From Planctomycetota bacterium (GTDB taxonomy: Bacteria; Planctomycetota; Brocadiia; SM23-32): a stretch of 39,810 bases of DNA. The stretch's first letter is position 1. Every line of letters begins with the position of its first letter. The notes below the pieces were generated by a model. The model was given only the letters and a program-made list of their open reading frames with translations, had not been told where the DNA came from and did no database searches. Positions 9,519 to 18,608 of this stretch are shown here, one piece after another. Both the position numbers and the translations under genes were made by a program. The stretch spans positions 1-39,810 of the forward strand of contig DAOVRD010000001.1 of NCBI GenBank assembly GCA_030628375.1. Direction: 5' to 3'.

Positions 9519-9547
9519 TTGCGACCGCGAAGCCGGCATGGTATCGT
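9519..9547 (+). promoter_or_regulatory. Candidate promoter (extended -10) upstream of hicB-like gene
   Basis: TTGCGA (9519-9524), 17 nt spacer, TATCGT (9542-9547) with TG one base upstream. Hexamer match only. Confidence 0.3.
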
Positions 9548-9630
9548 GCAAAGCAGGATGAGCGTCTGCCTGCGCAACCGTTGGCATCCTTCTGAGGTGC
9601 CGAACGGCTCCTTGAGCAGAGGTAAGGAAG

Positions 9631-9855
9631 ATGACCACGCGGACCTTCACAGCCCTCGTGCAACGGGAGGGCGACGGATGGGTCGCCCTGTGCCCGGAGC
9701 TGGACGTGGCCAGCCAGGGGGAGAGCATTGAGGAGGCACGGGCCAACCTCCGCAAAGCGGTTGAACTCTTCCTGGAGACGGCGAGCGACTCGGAGGTCCA
9801 GCAGCGGCTCCACTCGGAGACGTACCTGACGTCCCTGGAGGTCGAGGTGGGGTAG
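9631..9855 (+). CDS. hicB: HicB-family (UPF0150) type II antitoxin-like protein, no adjacent HicA
   Basis: 74 aa: MTTRTFTALVQREGDGWVALCPELDVASQGESIEEARANLRKAVELFLE matches the short HicB/UPF0150 pattern. AAGGAAG RBS lies directly upstream. Confidence 0.8.
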   Translation: MTTRTFTALVQREGDGWVALCPELDVASQGESIEEARANLRKAVELFLETASDSEVQQRLHSETYLTSLEVEVG

Positions 9856-10148
9856 GCTCTGGCCCGTCCCCACCCCGCACGGCAGATCTCTGCTCTTCCC
9901 CATCCACCGTCCACCCACGCGGGTGCGGCGCGAGCTGGCTCAAGACGCCCAAGAAACACCAGACCTGCGCGGCCGCCACGTCGCTCTGCTGCATCGACCG
10001 GTCGCCGCCTTCCGGGGGGCCAACCGGCGCGCCGTTGACTGAGGGGGCAATCGTTCGTACCGTATGTGGTCGCTTCAGGCGGACCAAGGGTATCGTCGTG
10101 CGGCCACCTTTGGGGGAAAGGACTATATGTGCTGGAGGGCATGCGGAC

Positions 10149-11747
10149 ATGCGTGTGAGATCGAGCAGAGCTGAAGTGACGTTTCTGGTGGCCTCGTGCC
10201 TGGCGACTCTGATGTCTCTAGTCGGCTTGACGCCGGCCGACGCGAACGCAACAGCGGGGCAGGCAGCCCGTCGCATGATCGCGGCGGAAAGCTGCGCCCA
10301 GGACGACGTCCAGTCGGCCATAGACGCCGCGCAGGACGGGGACACGGTGCTCCTGCCGGCCGGCGAAGCAACCTGGACACCGCCCGACGCGCGAACGCCT
10401 TCCGTGATGATCAACGGCAAGACGATCACGCTTCAGGGGGCAGGCGTGGACAAGACCGTCATCACGGACGGGTCCCCGCATGCGTGGAACAGCCTGGCGC
10501 TGGTGGTCCGGGGGTCAGGCAAGCCGTTCCGGGTCACCGGCATGACCTTTCGGAAGGGCACTGAGGCCCGCGGTGCGAACGCCATTAGCATTTTCAACAG
10601 CCGCAACTGGCGCGTCGATCAGTGCAAGTTCGACTACAATGGGGTCGGCGGCGCCCTGTTCTCGTATGGCGATAGCTTCGGCGTCCTCGACAACTGCACG
10701 ATTGTCAGGGCGTATACGGCCGTCAACACGAAGGGTCGCGGCGACGCCTCATGGAAGATGCCCCTGAGCCTGGGCACGGCCGATGCGGTCTACATCGAGG
10801 ATTGCACGCTCATTGACGTGGGCCCCGACGGGCCGACCGACGGGTACGACGGCGCCCGTTACGTGTTCCGACACAACACGGTGACGCAGACGGATGCGGT
10901 GGACCGCATAGGGGGGGTGGGCCACCACGGCTTCGACAGCGGCGGCTACAGGTCCACGTTCAGTTGCGAGGTTTACGGGAACACTTTCACCGGCGACGGT
11001 TGGCTCTTCGGCCGGTCCCGGGGGGGAACCGGCGTCATCTTCGACAACACGGTGAAGGGCAACGTGGGCTTCTACCTGCTCGTCTATTACCGATCATCGG
11101 ATCGCGAAGACATCAAGAGACTGTGCGGCAGTTGGGGCCCCATGTGTGACGGCACCAATCCTCTGGACGGCAACGAAGACGCAACGGGCTACCCGGGCCG
11201 CGACCAGCCTGGTCGCGCCACCGATGCGGGCCGTGACACGCCTCAACTGCTCGAGCCCGTCTACGAGTGGGGCAACACCCTTAACGGTGAAGACGCGGAT
11301 CTGCATCCCCAGGACCTGGGCGGGAGGTCATTTGATCACATCAAAGAGGGCCGCGACCTCTACAACGACACCCGGCGCCCCGGCTACAGGCCCTATGCGT
11401 ATCCGCACCCATTGCGCGTCCAGTGGCCGCCGCTCCCTCCGTCGGATGTGCTGAGCCCTACCATCCCGCGGAATCTAGCCGCCCGTGCCGTCTGGGAAAG
11501 GCGCGTCGAGCTCGTCTGGGATCCGTCGAACGATGACGAAGCCCTCGCGGGATACCACGTCTGGCTCAACGGCCAGAGGGTCACGACCATCACGGACCCG
11601 GACCACACGCAGTACACCTTCCTGCGCTTGAAGCCGCCCCTGGCCGACTATGCATTCGCCGTCTCGGCCTTTGACGCGGCCGGCAACGAGAGCGAGCCCT
11701 GTCCGGCAGCGCAGCTTGGCGAAGCGGTCCCGATGGCGGCTCCCTGA
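10149..11747 (+). CDS. Secreted right-handed beta-helix-like protein with C-terminal fibronectin type III domain
   Basis: In-frame ATG at 10149 in track ORF 10035-11747 yields a signal-like N-terminus (MRVRSSRAEVTFLVASCLATLMSLVGLTPADA). The central region is rich in G/N/T turns. The C-terminus (LAARAVWERRVELVWDPSNDDEALAGYHVWLNGQRV...AVSAFDAAGNES) is FN3-like. Confidence 0.75.
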   Translation: MRVRSSRAEVTFLVASCLATLMSLVGLTPADANATAGQAARRMIAAESCAQDDVQSAIDAAQDGDTVLLPAGEATWTPPDARTPSVMINGKTITLQGAGVDKTVITDGSPHAWNSLALVVRGSGKPFRVTGMTFRKGTEARGANAISIFNSRNWRVDQCKFDYNGVGGALFSYGDSFGVLDNCTIVRAYTAVNTKGRGDASWKMPLSLGTADAVYIEDCTLIDVGPDGPTDGYDGARYVFRHNTVTQTDAVDRIGGVGHHGFDSGGYRSTFSCEVYGNTFTGDGWLFGRSRGGTGVIFDNTVKGNVGFYLLVYYRSSDREDIKRLCGSWGPMCDGTNPLDGNEDATGYPGRDQPGRATDAGRDTPQLLEPVYEWGNTLNGEDADLHPQDLGGRSFDHIKEGRDLYNDTRRPGYRPYAYPHPLRVQWPPLPPSDVLSPTIPRNLAARAVWERRVELVWDPSNDDEALAGYHVWLNGQRVTTITDPDHTQYTFLRLKPPLADYAFAVSAFDAAGNESEPCPAAQLGEAVPMAAP

Positions 11748-11817
11748 CCTGCTCTGCGGCCAGCGGAGATGTCTGGCGCCGTGACCTCGGCTCGACGGTG
11801 GCCGCCGGCGGCGGCTT

Positions 11818-13125
11818 TCAGCGGGCGAACTGCGGGAGCCATTGAGCCTGCGCTTCCAGCATCTCCGCCATCATGAGCTTCGCCTCGGGGAGCGAGTCCA
11901 CCAGCGGGTCGGCCATCAGGGCGTAGAGGAGCGTGTCCTTGTCGCCGCTCAGGGCAGCGTCCACGGCGAGCTTGCGGCTGCGCGCGAGCATCTCCGTCAT
12001 CGGCAGCACGGCGTCCGGCAGGTCGCCCACGGCAAGCGGGAGCGCCCCGAAGGCGCCGACCAGGGCCGACGACTCGACGATCTCCCCGCGCGGCATGTTC
12101 GTGATCTGCCCCTCGTTCGGCATGTTCACGGCGAACACCTTCCGCCCGTCGTTCGCGATGGCGATCACCAGGTCCGCGGCCAGGTCGCTGACCGAGCCGA
12201 CCAGGTGGTGCATGCCGGCGATGGACATGTCGAACTGCGGGTCGTCGGCTTTCGCCAGCTCCTCATAGTGTTGCCACACGGCGGAGTGCCGCTCGCCGCG
12301 TCCGGTCGTCAGCCCCCAGTGGCCGTCCGCCTTCGCGTGGGCCACGGACTCCCGTCGGAAGAAGTAGTCCGCCATGTGACCGCCGGTGATCGGCACGATG
12401 CCGTAGGTGCGGGCGATCTCCACGCCCCGCTGCCAGCCCCAGGAGGAATGGCTCGTGTCCGATTCGCACAGCTTGCGGAGCAGGTCGGGCGCCACGTCCT
12501 TGCCATCCACGTAGGCGTGCAGCAGCCAGGTGTAGTGATTGACGCCCGCCGTGATGGGCACGACGTCCTCCGCCGGCAGGCCGAGGAACTGCGCCACCTG
12601 GCGGGCGACGCCGAGGAACCCGCTGCAGATGCTCAGTTGCGTGACGGCGCTTGTGCGGCGCACGGCGTCGGCGATGAACGAGGTGGGATTGGCGTAGTTG
12701 ACCAGGAAGGCGTCGGGGCAGAGCCGCTCCATGCGCTTGACGACGTCCACTACGACGGGGATCGTGCGGCAAGCGAAGAATATGCCGCCCGGGCCGGATG
12801 TCTCGTCGCCGTAGATGCCGTGCTTCAGTGGGATCGAGACGTCCAGGTTCAGGGCCTCGAAGCTGCCGATGCGGAAACAGGTGATGACGAAGTCGGCGCC
12901 CTCCAGCGCCTCGTCCAGGTCGAGCGTGGCGCTGATCTTCAGGTCCGCTCCCCGCGCACGAATCAGGTTTCGCCCCAGCGCGAGCATCGTCTCCTGCCGC
13001 TCCGGCCGGATGTCCTCCAGAACGAGGCTTGCGCCGGCCATCTCCTCGGCACGCTCGACGAGCGTGCGCACGATCCCGGCCACGTAGGCGCTTCCCCCTC
13101 CGATGACGGCTATCTTCTTCCCCAT
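11818..13125 (-). CDS. Glycoside hydrolase family 4 (NAD-dependent 6-phospho-glycosidase/alpha-glycosidase-like)
   Basis: ATG at 13125 (GGGAGTCAGGAA upstream) within track ORF 11818-13308. Sequence MGKKIAVIGGGSAYV...DFVITCFRIGS...VNYANPTS...ICSG is consistent with GH4 signatures. Confidence 0.85.
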   Translation of the reverse strand: MGKKIAVIGGGSAYVAGIVRTLVERAEEMAGASLVLEDIRPERQETMLALGRNLIRARGADLKISATLDLDEALEGADFVITCFRIGSFEALNLDVSIPLKHGIYGDETSGPGGIFFACRTIPVVVDVVKRMERLCPDAFLVNYANPTSFIADAVRRTSAVTQLSICSGFLGVARQVAQFLGLPAEDVVPITAGVNHYTWLLHAYVDGKDVAPDLLRKLCESDTSHSSWGWQRGVEIARTYGIVPITGGHMADYFFRRESVAHAKADGHWGLTTGRGERHSAVWQHYEELAKADDPQFDMSIAGMHHLVGSVSDLAADLVIAIANDGRKVFAVNMPNEGQITNMPRGEIVESSALVGAFGALPLAVGDLPDAVLPMTEMLARSRKLAVDAALSGDKDTLLYALMADPLVDSLPEAKLMMAEMLEAQAQWLPQFAR

Positions 13126-13461
13126 TTCCTGACTCCCACCAGAGACTCCCGACGGCGCTCTGCCGTCGGCTTTCCGAAACAGCCGGGGCCCGCCATGCAC
13201 CAACCGTGACGATGGTCGGCCCGGCAAGGTGCCCCAGCATAGCACCTGCGCCGCTGCTGCGCCAATGCTCCGCTCGGGTCCGGGCACATTTCGGCAGCCG
13301 CGCCTCATTGAACCGAAGGCCGGGGGCCAGCACGTTGCTCGGACCTGTGAGCCAATTGCGCTGTTCGTAAGCCGCCTGGCCTCAAGGGCTTACGGGCAGC
13401 GCCGATTTGGTCTTACCCCAGCGGCAGACTGGAGGACACCGGCAAATGTGGCAAGAAGCAT

Positions 13462-13496
13462 AGGATGTCATCCTGAGGCGCCTCACCTCAGGCGCC
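13462..13496. repeat. Nested palindromes in the GH4/oxidoreductase divergent region
   Basis: AGGATGTCATCCT (13462-13474) overlaps the perfect palindrome TGAGGCGCCTCA (13474-13485), followed by CCTCAGGCGCC (13486-13496). A related CCTCAGGCGCC also occurs at about 17689-17699. Confidence 0.7.
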
Positions 13497-13546
13497 GAAG
13501 GATCTCGTTGTTGCGCAAGGAGTTACGACGAGATTCCCGCCGGAGG

Positions 13547-13583
13547 CGGACAAGCCCTCCAGAGACGGACAAGCCCTCCAGAG
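13547..13583. repeat. Perfect 18-bp direct repeat, period 19 bp (candidate operator)
   Basis: CGGACAAGCCCTCCAGAG at 13547-13564 and again at 13566-13583, in non-coding DNA between divergent genes. Confidence 0.85.
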
Positions 13584-13653
13584 GCGGGTAAACTTCGTGG
13601 GCCTTCCGCCGACGCCCTTTGGGAACGCTAACATCGCAAATGCCTCCTGTCAC

Positions 13654-13683
13654 TTGCCGCGCTTGCGGGGGGCCGGTCATAAT
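13654..13683 (+). promoter_or_regulatory. Candidate sigma70-type promoter for the oxidoreductase gene
   Basis: TTGCCG (13654-13659), 18 nt spacer, CATAAT (13678-13683). Hexamer match only. Confidence 0.3.
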
Positions 13684-13756
13684 GCTGCCGCGTGTCCTGG
13701 CGCAAACCGTGCAGATGCGCCCGTATCTTGTTCCTGGAGTCCGGAAGGAGCTGACA

Positions 13757-14812
13757 GTGGAACCGGTGCGATTGGGAGTGGTCGGTTGCGGCGTGATGGG
13801 TAATCGGCACCTGGCGGGAGCGGCGGAATCGCCGTTGCTGGAGCCGGTTGCCGTGGCGGACCTCGTCAGGGAGCGGGCCGAGGCTTCGGCCGAGAAGTTC
13901 GGCGTAGCTAAGGCGTACGACGACGGCAAGGAGCTGATCGCCGACCCGGACGTGGACGCCGTCGTGTTTGCGACGGTCACGGCTCACAGGAACGAGCTGG
14001 CGATCGAGGCCCTCAAAGCAGGCAAGCACGTTCTGGTGGAGAAGCCCGTCGCGCTGACGGCGGGGGACGTGCAACGCATGATTGATGTGCGCGGCGACCG
14101 GGTGGCAGCCTGCTGCTCGGGCCGCTTTCATTTCTTTGACTCCGCCCGTAAAGCCACCGAGTTCATAGCCACCGGCGCCCTGGGCGAGCTGCGCGTGATC
14201 CACTGTCGCGTGCACGAGGGGGCGCGCGGCACGCCCAAGAAGTCGCCTCCGAACTGGCGGATGAATAAGTCCTTGAACGGCGGCGGCATCCTGGTGAACT
14301 GGGGCTGCTACGACCTGGATTACCTGCTGGGAATCACCGGCTGGACGCTGAAGCCTCGCATGGTGCTGGCGCAGACGTGGACGGTGCCGGCGCGCTCGGT
14401 GCCGAACGTGGCCGAGGGCTCGGACGCCGAATCGCACCTGGCCGCGCTGATCCGCTGCGAGAACGGCGCCGTCATCAGCTATGAGCGCGGCGAATATACG
14501 TCCGCCCATAGCCAAAAGGCCTGGCAGATCGTCGGCACGGACGGGTCGCTCAACCTGATCATGACGCCCTACGACCCAAAGGTCATCACGCACGACGACA
14601 CAAGCACGGAACAGGGCGTGCTGAGCCGCACCATCTGGGAGAGCGGGGACAAAGGGGAGAGGACGACGCAACAGATGGTCGTGGATTTCGCCGAGGCCAT
14701 CGTGGAGGGGCGGGAACCCCAGACGACGCTGGAGAAGTCGCTCCTGATCCAGAAGATCACGGACGCCATATACGAATCGGCCGACACGGGCCGCGCCGTG
14801 GAGATCCAGTAG
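13757..14812 (+). CDS. Gfo/Idh/MocA family oxidoreductase
   Basis: In-frame GTG at 13757 (GGAAGGAG 7 nt upstream) within track ORF 13619-14812. Sequence VEPVRLGVVGCGVMGNRH...GKHVLVEKPVA shows a Rossmann N-terminus and the EKP motif. Confidence 0.85.
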   Translation: MEPVRLGVVGCGVMGNRHLAGAAESPLLEPVAVADLVRERAEASAEKFGVAKAYDDGKELIADPDVDAVVFATVTAHRNELAIEALKAGKHVLVEKPVALTAGDVQRMIDVRGDRVAACCSGRFHFFDSARKATEFIATGALGELRVIHCRVHEGARGTPKKSPPNWRMNKSLNGGGILVNWGCYDLDYLLGITGWTLKPRMVLAQTWTVPARSVPNVAEGSDAESHLAALIRCENGAVISYERGEYTSAHSQKAWQIVGTDGSLNLIMTPYDPKVITHDDTSTEQGVLSRTIWESGDKGERTTQQMVVDFAEAIVEGREPQTTLEKSLLIQKITDAIYESADTGRAVEIQ

Positions 14813-14964
14813 CCGCGTCCCCCTGCAAGCGGACACCTTCGGCGGCGCGCGCCATCAAGTGCGCTTCACGGCGTTACCCGGGTCCGCGGGGCGTAGAATC
14901 GGGGGCGGCGTGGGTGTCTGATTGACACGGCTCAAGATGCGAGCGCAGGACGAGGAGGTGGGCT

Positions 14965-15561
14965 ATGTGGGAGCCAGTTGACGCACGGTTTTATGTTAAG
15001 CGACATCCCGTGGACATCGTGGATATCGGCGGGGTTGGCAATGACGGCCGCTTAACTCGCGCGTTGTTCGAAGCGTTGAATGCAGTGACTCAGTTACACC
15101 TCTGCGGGACGCCGGGCGACTTCCTGCAAGTAATCAGCCAGGGCCAGGATGCAGCGCCGCACATGCTAATCTGTTGCCATGGCGACGACAATGGACTTGT
15201 CTTCGGGGAGTTCGGCCCGGGAATCGACGCGTCGATGCTCGTGGAAGGTAGCATGCCACCAGAATGTATTGCGGAGAACATCCACCTGCCAGGCTGCGTA
15301 GTAATCAATGACGGGTGCGCCTGTGGTGAGAAGGCGATGGCTGAGGCATTCATGTCAGGGAATCTGAAGGCATACATGGGAACCGTCGATCCCGTGCCGG
15401 AACACCGAGCGGACCTCATGTTCTTAGCGCATTTCTTCTATAAGCTGTTCCGCACCGGCTGTTCGGAGCGAGAAGCCTGGGCGCAGGCGGCGTCCTACGA
15501 TAGCGAGAGCCGGTTGTGGGTGTTCTGGGATGAGGACGGCTGTCACCGCCTGGCCGACTGA
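14965..15561 (+). CDS. Stand-alone mini CHAT/caspase-like domain protein (hypothetical)
   Basis: 198-aa ORF with GAGGAGG RBS in a lower-G+C patch. PHMLICCHGDDNG (His-Gly after a beta-strand), LPGCVVINDGCACGEKA (Cys after a hydrophobic strand) and SGNLKAYMGTVDPVPEHRADLMFLAHFFYKLFRTGCSEREAWAQA follow the CHAT/caspase-fold order of motifs. Confidence 0.55.
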   Translation: MWEPVDARFYVKRHPVDIVDIGGVGNDGRLTRALFEALNAVTQLHLCGTPGDFLQVISQGQDAAPHMLICCHGDDNGLVFGEFGPGIDASMLVEGSMPPECIAENIHLPGCVVINDGCACGEKAMAEAFMSGNLKAYMGTVDPVPEHRADLMFLAHFFYKLFRTGCSEREAWAQAASYDSESRLWVFWDEDGCHRLAD

Positions 15562-15625
15562 TCCCCCCTGAGACTGGCACCTACCGCCCTCACGCATTGC
15601 CACCCGGGGCCGCAGGGCGCTCGCG

Positions 15626-16456
15626 TCACATTCGGGACCCGCCGCCCACATAGACAAGCTGTCCGGTGATCCAACGGGCCTGCTCAGATGCAACAAGCAC
15701 AACCGCGTCTGCTATGTCTTGGGGCTGGCCGATCCGACCCATCGGACAAGCTGCAGACTCACGCTCAACGGCTTCAGCCCCGTAGCCCCCGGTCTGGACG
15801 GGCCCCGGAGAAACGACATTCACTGTGACGCCGTAGGGGCCAAGCTCCTTGGCGGCAACCCGGCTAATGCTCTCCATCGCATACTTGCTGGCCCCATACC
15901 AGACGCTTCCGCCAAAGGCGTCTGCCGCATCAGTGCTCACGTTGATGATACGTCCCCATCTGGCAGCGCGTTCGATGTGCCGCCGCCCATACTCCTGTAT
16001 CATCAGGGCTACCGCGCGCGTGTTCACCGCGAAATGCCTGTCCATGCTCGCGGCGTTTGCCTCCAAGACCCGGCTGGGGTACTCACAGTGAGCGGCATTG
16101 TTCACCAGCACGTCCACTGCCCCAAAGGCGGATTCGGCGCGGTCGAAAAGCAGAGGGATGTTGGCTGGATCCGCAAGGTCGGTTTCCCATGCCTCAGCGC
16201 TGCCGCCTGCATCGCGGATCGATTTCACAACATGATCGGCAGACTTCGCCCGCATAGCAGCATAAAGAGCTTCGGCCGATTCGCTAAGCCCCCGAGCGAC
16301 ATCCTCGCCCCAACCGGTGTCCTGTGGTCGCACGCGCAGATAGGTGAGGAACAGCTTCGCGCCTTCAGCCGCCAGACCCTTTGCGACGGCCGCACCGATC
16401 CCGTGGTTCGCCCCGGTCACCAAAGCGACTCTGCCCTGGAGTCCTGTATCCATCAT
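15626..16456 (-). CDS. Short-chain dehydrogenase/reductase (SDR)
   Basis: VALVTGANHGIGAA (TGxxxGxG) and YGASKYA (YxxxK). The start overlaps the upstream stop (ATGA at 16453-16456). Confidence 0.9.
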   Translation of the reverse strand: MMDTGLQGRVALVTGANHGIGAAVAKGLAAEGAKLFLTYLRVRPQDTGWGEDVARGLSESAEALYAAMRAKSADHVVKSIRDAGGSAEAWETDLADPANIPLLFDRAESAFGAVDVLVNNAAHCEYPSRVLEANAASMDRHFAVNTRAVALMIQEYGRRHIERAARWGRIINVSTDAADAFGGSVWYGASKYAMESISRVAAKELGPYGVTVNVVSPGPVQTGGYGAEAVERESAACPMGRIGQPQDIADAVVLVASEQARWITGQLVYVGGGSRM

Positions 16457-16956
16457 CTGTTCTCCCGAATGGCGATCAGACGCTCAAGGTCCTCCTTGTC
16501 CCCCGCGCGGTTGGATGCCTTCTTGCTGATGATCAAATCCTCAAGACCGATGAAGTTCACATCCAGATCGGCCATCGTCGCTCGCACACGGCGCTGGTAA
16601 CAGTCTTCGAACGTCCCATCCGAAACCCAAAGGAGGACCTCCATTCCAAAGGGCGGGTCACCTATCGTGGCCACCTCGTCCTTCTGTCTCACCACAAATG
16701 GCGGCTGCCCTATCTGGAGAAGATCCTGCACCAGGACCATCTGTGGCGTAAGAGTCCGGTCGTCAACGCCAAGAGCACGAAGGGCCTGCACGAGCTTCTC
16801 TGCCGTTTCGGGCTCACGGGGGATCCAGACGTCCAGGTCCTTGGGATCGCGGCGGTAACCATAATACACCACGGCATGGCCGCCGGTAACCAGATAACGA
16901 ACGCCTGCAGCGTTCAGGAGAGCCAGAAACCGCCGCAAGTCCCTTGAGACCTCCAT
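16453..16956 (-). CDS. Nucleotidyltransferase-fold protein (DUF6036/AbiEii-like minimal NTase; assignment tentative)
   Basis: 167 aa with GGGAGGG RBS. N-terminal LLNAAGVRYLVTGGHAVVYYGYRRDPKDLDVWI and C-terminal FIGLEDLIISKKASNRAGDKEDLERL match the pattern of small NTase-fold proteins. Confidence 0.6.
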   Translation of the reverse strand: MEVSRDLRRFLALLNAAGVRYLVTGGHAVVYYGYRRDPKDLDVWIPREPETAEKLVQALRALGVDDRTLTPQMVLVQDLLQIGQPPFVVRQKDEVATIGDPPFGMEVLLWVSDGTFEDCYQRRVRATMADLDVNFIGLEDLIISKKASNRAGDKEDLERLIAIRENR

Positions 16957-16977
16957 GCAGACCCTCCCGCCGTTCGG

Positions 16978-17643
16978 CTATTGATTATCTGGTTTCTGCA
17001 TCACCAGGCATGTATAGCCCTTCGAGTCCTTGTGGACCGGCATGACGTCTTCGCACACGATGAAACGACGGAACTCATAACGTAGTTCCTGCGTGTCGAA
17101 CTGGTGGTGAGGGACGCCCTTCTCGTGACCTTCGAGAGGAACGTACGTATGCGGTTCCACTTCCACTGCCTTCGGCGCACCCGGCCGCGGGGGACGTCGC
17201 TCCGTCGCAACCGTCAAGAACAGAAGCCCCCCCTCCCGAAGCACCCGGTGGATCTCGGCGACCGTCTGCCGGATCTGGCGGATGCGATGATGATTGACGA
17301 CCTGGATGCACAACATCGCGTCGAAAGAGGCGTCCGGCCAGCGAATGTGCGTCATGTCACCCGCCTTCAGGTCAGCAGACAGGTTCTCCCCCGCCAGCCA
17401 CTCGTCCGCGAGGCGAATTGCCGTAGGCGCGATGTCCTGTCCGTGCATCAGGTACCCGCGCCGGGCAAAGAAGACCAGATGTCTCCCATCGCCACAGCCA
17501 AGGTCAAGTATGGCGCGCACATTCCGATCGCGGAAGACGCGATCGAGGGCCTGGCAGTCTTCATGTTGGCTGGCCTTGCGATATCCGCCCGAAGGCCGCT
17601 TTCGATAGGCCGCCTCCCATCCGGTTGCGTCTTCTCCCGTCAT
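16978..17643 (-). CDS. Class I SAM-dependent methyltransferase
   Basis: ATG at 17643 (AAGAAGGAA upstream); the track start at 17664 is a TTG. Motif I is ILDLGCGDGRH. Confidence 0.85.
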   Translation of the reverse strand: MTGEDATGWEAAYRKRPSGGYRKASQHEDCQALDRVFRDRNVRAILDLGCGDGRHLVFFARRGYLMHGQDIAPTAIRLADEWLAGENLSADLKAGDMTHIRWPDASFDAMLCIQVVNHHRIRQIRQTVAEIHRVLREGGLLFLTVATERRPPRPGAPKAVEVEPHTYVPLEGHEKGVPHHQFDTQELRYEFRRFIVCEDVMPVHKDSKGYTCLVMQKPDNQ

Positions 17644-17785
17644 GATTTCCTTCTTAGAACCCAACCTTGCGCCTCAGGCGCCGCGTGGCCGTCGGCCGGA
17701 GCGTCGGGCTTGAGTGGTCAATGCCAGTCCAGCGTACGATCACCAGCCCCGTTCACTGCGTCCGGCACGTACGCCTCTCGGCTGG

Positions 17786-18574
17786 TTATGCATCACGCAG
17801 CACGCATGCCAGACTGCCGACGTGCTGGCGGTCGTGGTAGATCACGCGGAAGCCCGCTCGCCCCAACTCCTCCACCAACGCCTGCGGTTTCAGATGCCTT
17901 CTATGGGGCAGATACCATCTGCCGCTGATTCGTACCGCATCTGGGAAGTCCCCGGGCGCCTCATCCAGTGGGCTATACACGATGCCCGTCTTGAGGTCTA
18001 TGAGCCTATTTCCATAGCGACTGTACGCAGTTCCTGTCGAGGCATCCAGGACAGGCCCGTTCTCCCGGACCAGGGCTTCATGCTCCGCATCCATCACGGC
18101 GCTGCTGACGAGGTAGTACCCCTGGCTTTTCAAGCGTGCGCGGACCGCAGAGAAGACCCTCCCACGATCCTCGTCAAAGACAATGCACTGAAGGCAGTAG
18201 CTATCGACGATCATGTCATACTTCTTGCCCTCGGGGGGCAAGTCGCACACGTCCATGACCTCGTAGTGGATGTCCAGGCCTCGTTGGGATGCAAACTGTC
18301 TTGCCATCTCGATGGCGGCAGGGACCAAGTCGACGGCGTCGACACGGAAGCCTCTTTCCGCCAGGAAGCAGGCATCTGGACCGGTGCCACACCCGTAGTC
18401 CAGCACGGTAGGCTCCGCCGTCTGAAAACTCAGTTTGGGCAGGACTGCTTCTAAGAATGGCCGTGAGCAGAAGTTCTCGAATCCAACTCCACCATGGATC
18501 TCAGCCCAAGCTGTCTTGCCCTCGGCCCGGATCCTATCGTAGCCGCGGACGTGTTCTGGATAGTAGTACTTCAC
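17786..18574 (-). CDS. Class I SAM-dependent methyltransferase
   Basis: In-frame GTG at 18574 (AGGAGAG 8 nt upstream) within track ORF 17786-18673. Motif I is VLDYGCGTGPDACFLAERGFRVDAVD. Confidence 0.8.
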   Translation of the reverse strand: MKYYYPEHVRGYDRIRAEGKTAWAEIHGGVGFENFCSRPFLEAVLPKLSFQTAEPTVLDYGCGTGPDACFLAERGFRVDAVDLVPAAIEMARQFASQRGLDIHYEVMDVCDLPPEGKKYDMIVDSYCLQCIVFDEDRGRVFSAVRARLKSQGYYLVSSAVMDAEHEALVRENGPVLDASTGTAYSRYGNRLIDLKTGIVYSPLDEAPGDFPDAVRISGRWYLPHRRHLKPQALVEELGRAGFRVIYHDRQHVGSLACVLRDA

Positions 18575-18608
18575 GGTATCGCTCTCCTGGTTCGCCTGGG
18601 CAGGGAAC

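Noticed and set aside
8546-10142. Long ORFs 8546-9595 (+) and 8988-10142 (-)
   Set aside because: They are shadow frames over the deacetylase gene and intergenic DNA, with no motifs and extreme R/P/A content.
11780-11815. Rho-independent terminator between the convergent beta-helix and GH4 genes
   Set aside because: GCCGCCGGCGGC is a palindrome with no loop and is followed by only TTT, so it is too weak to call.
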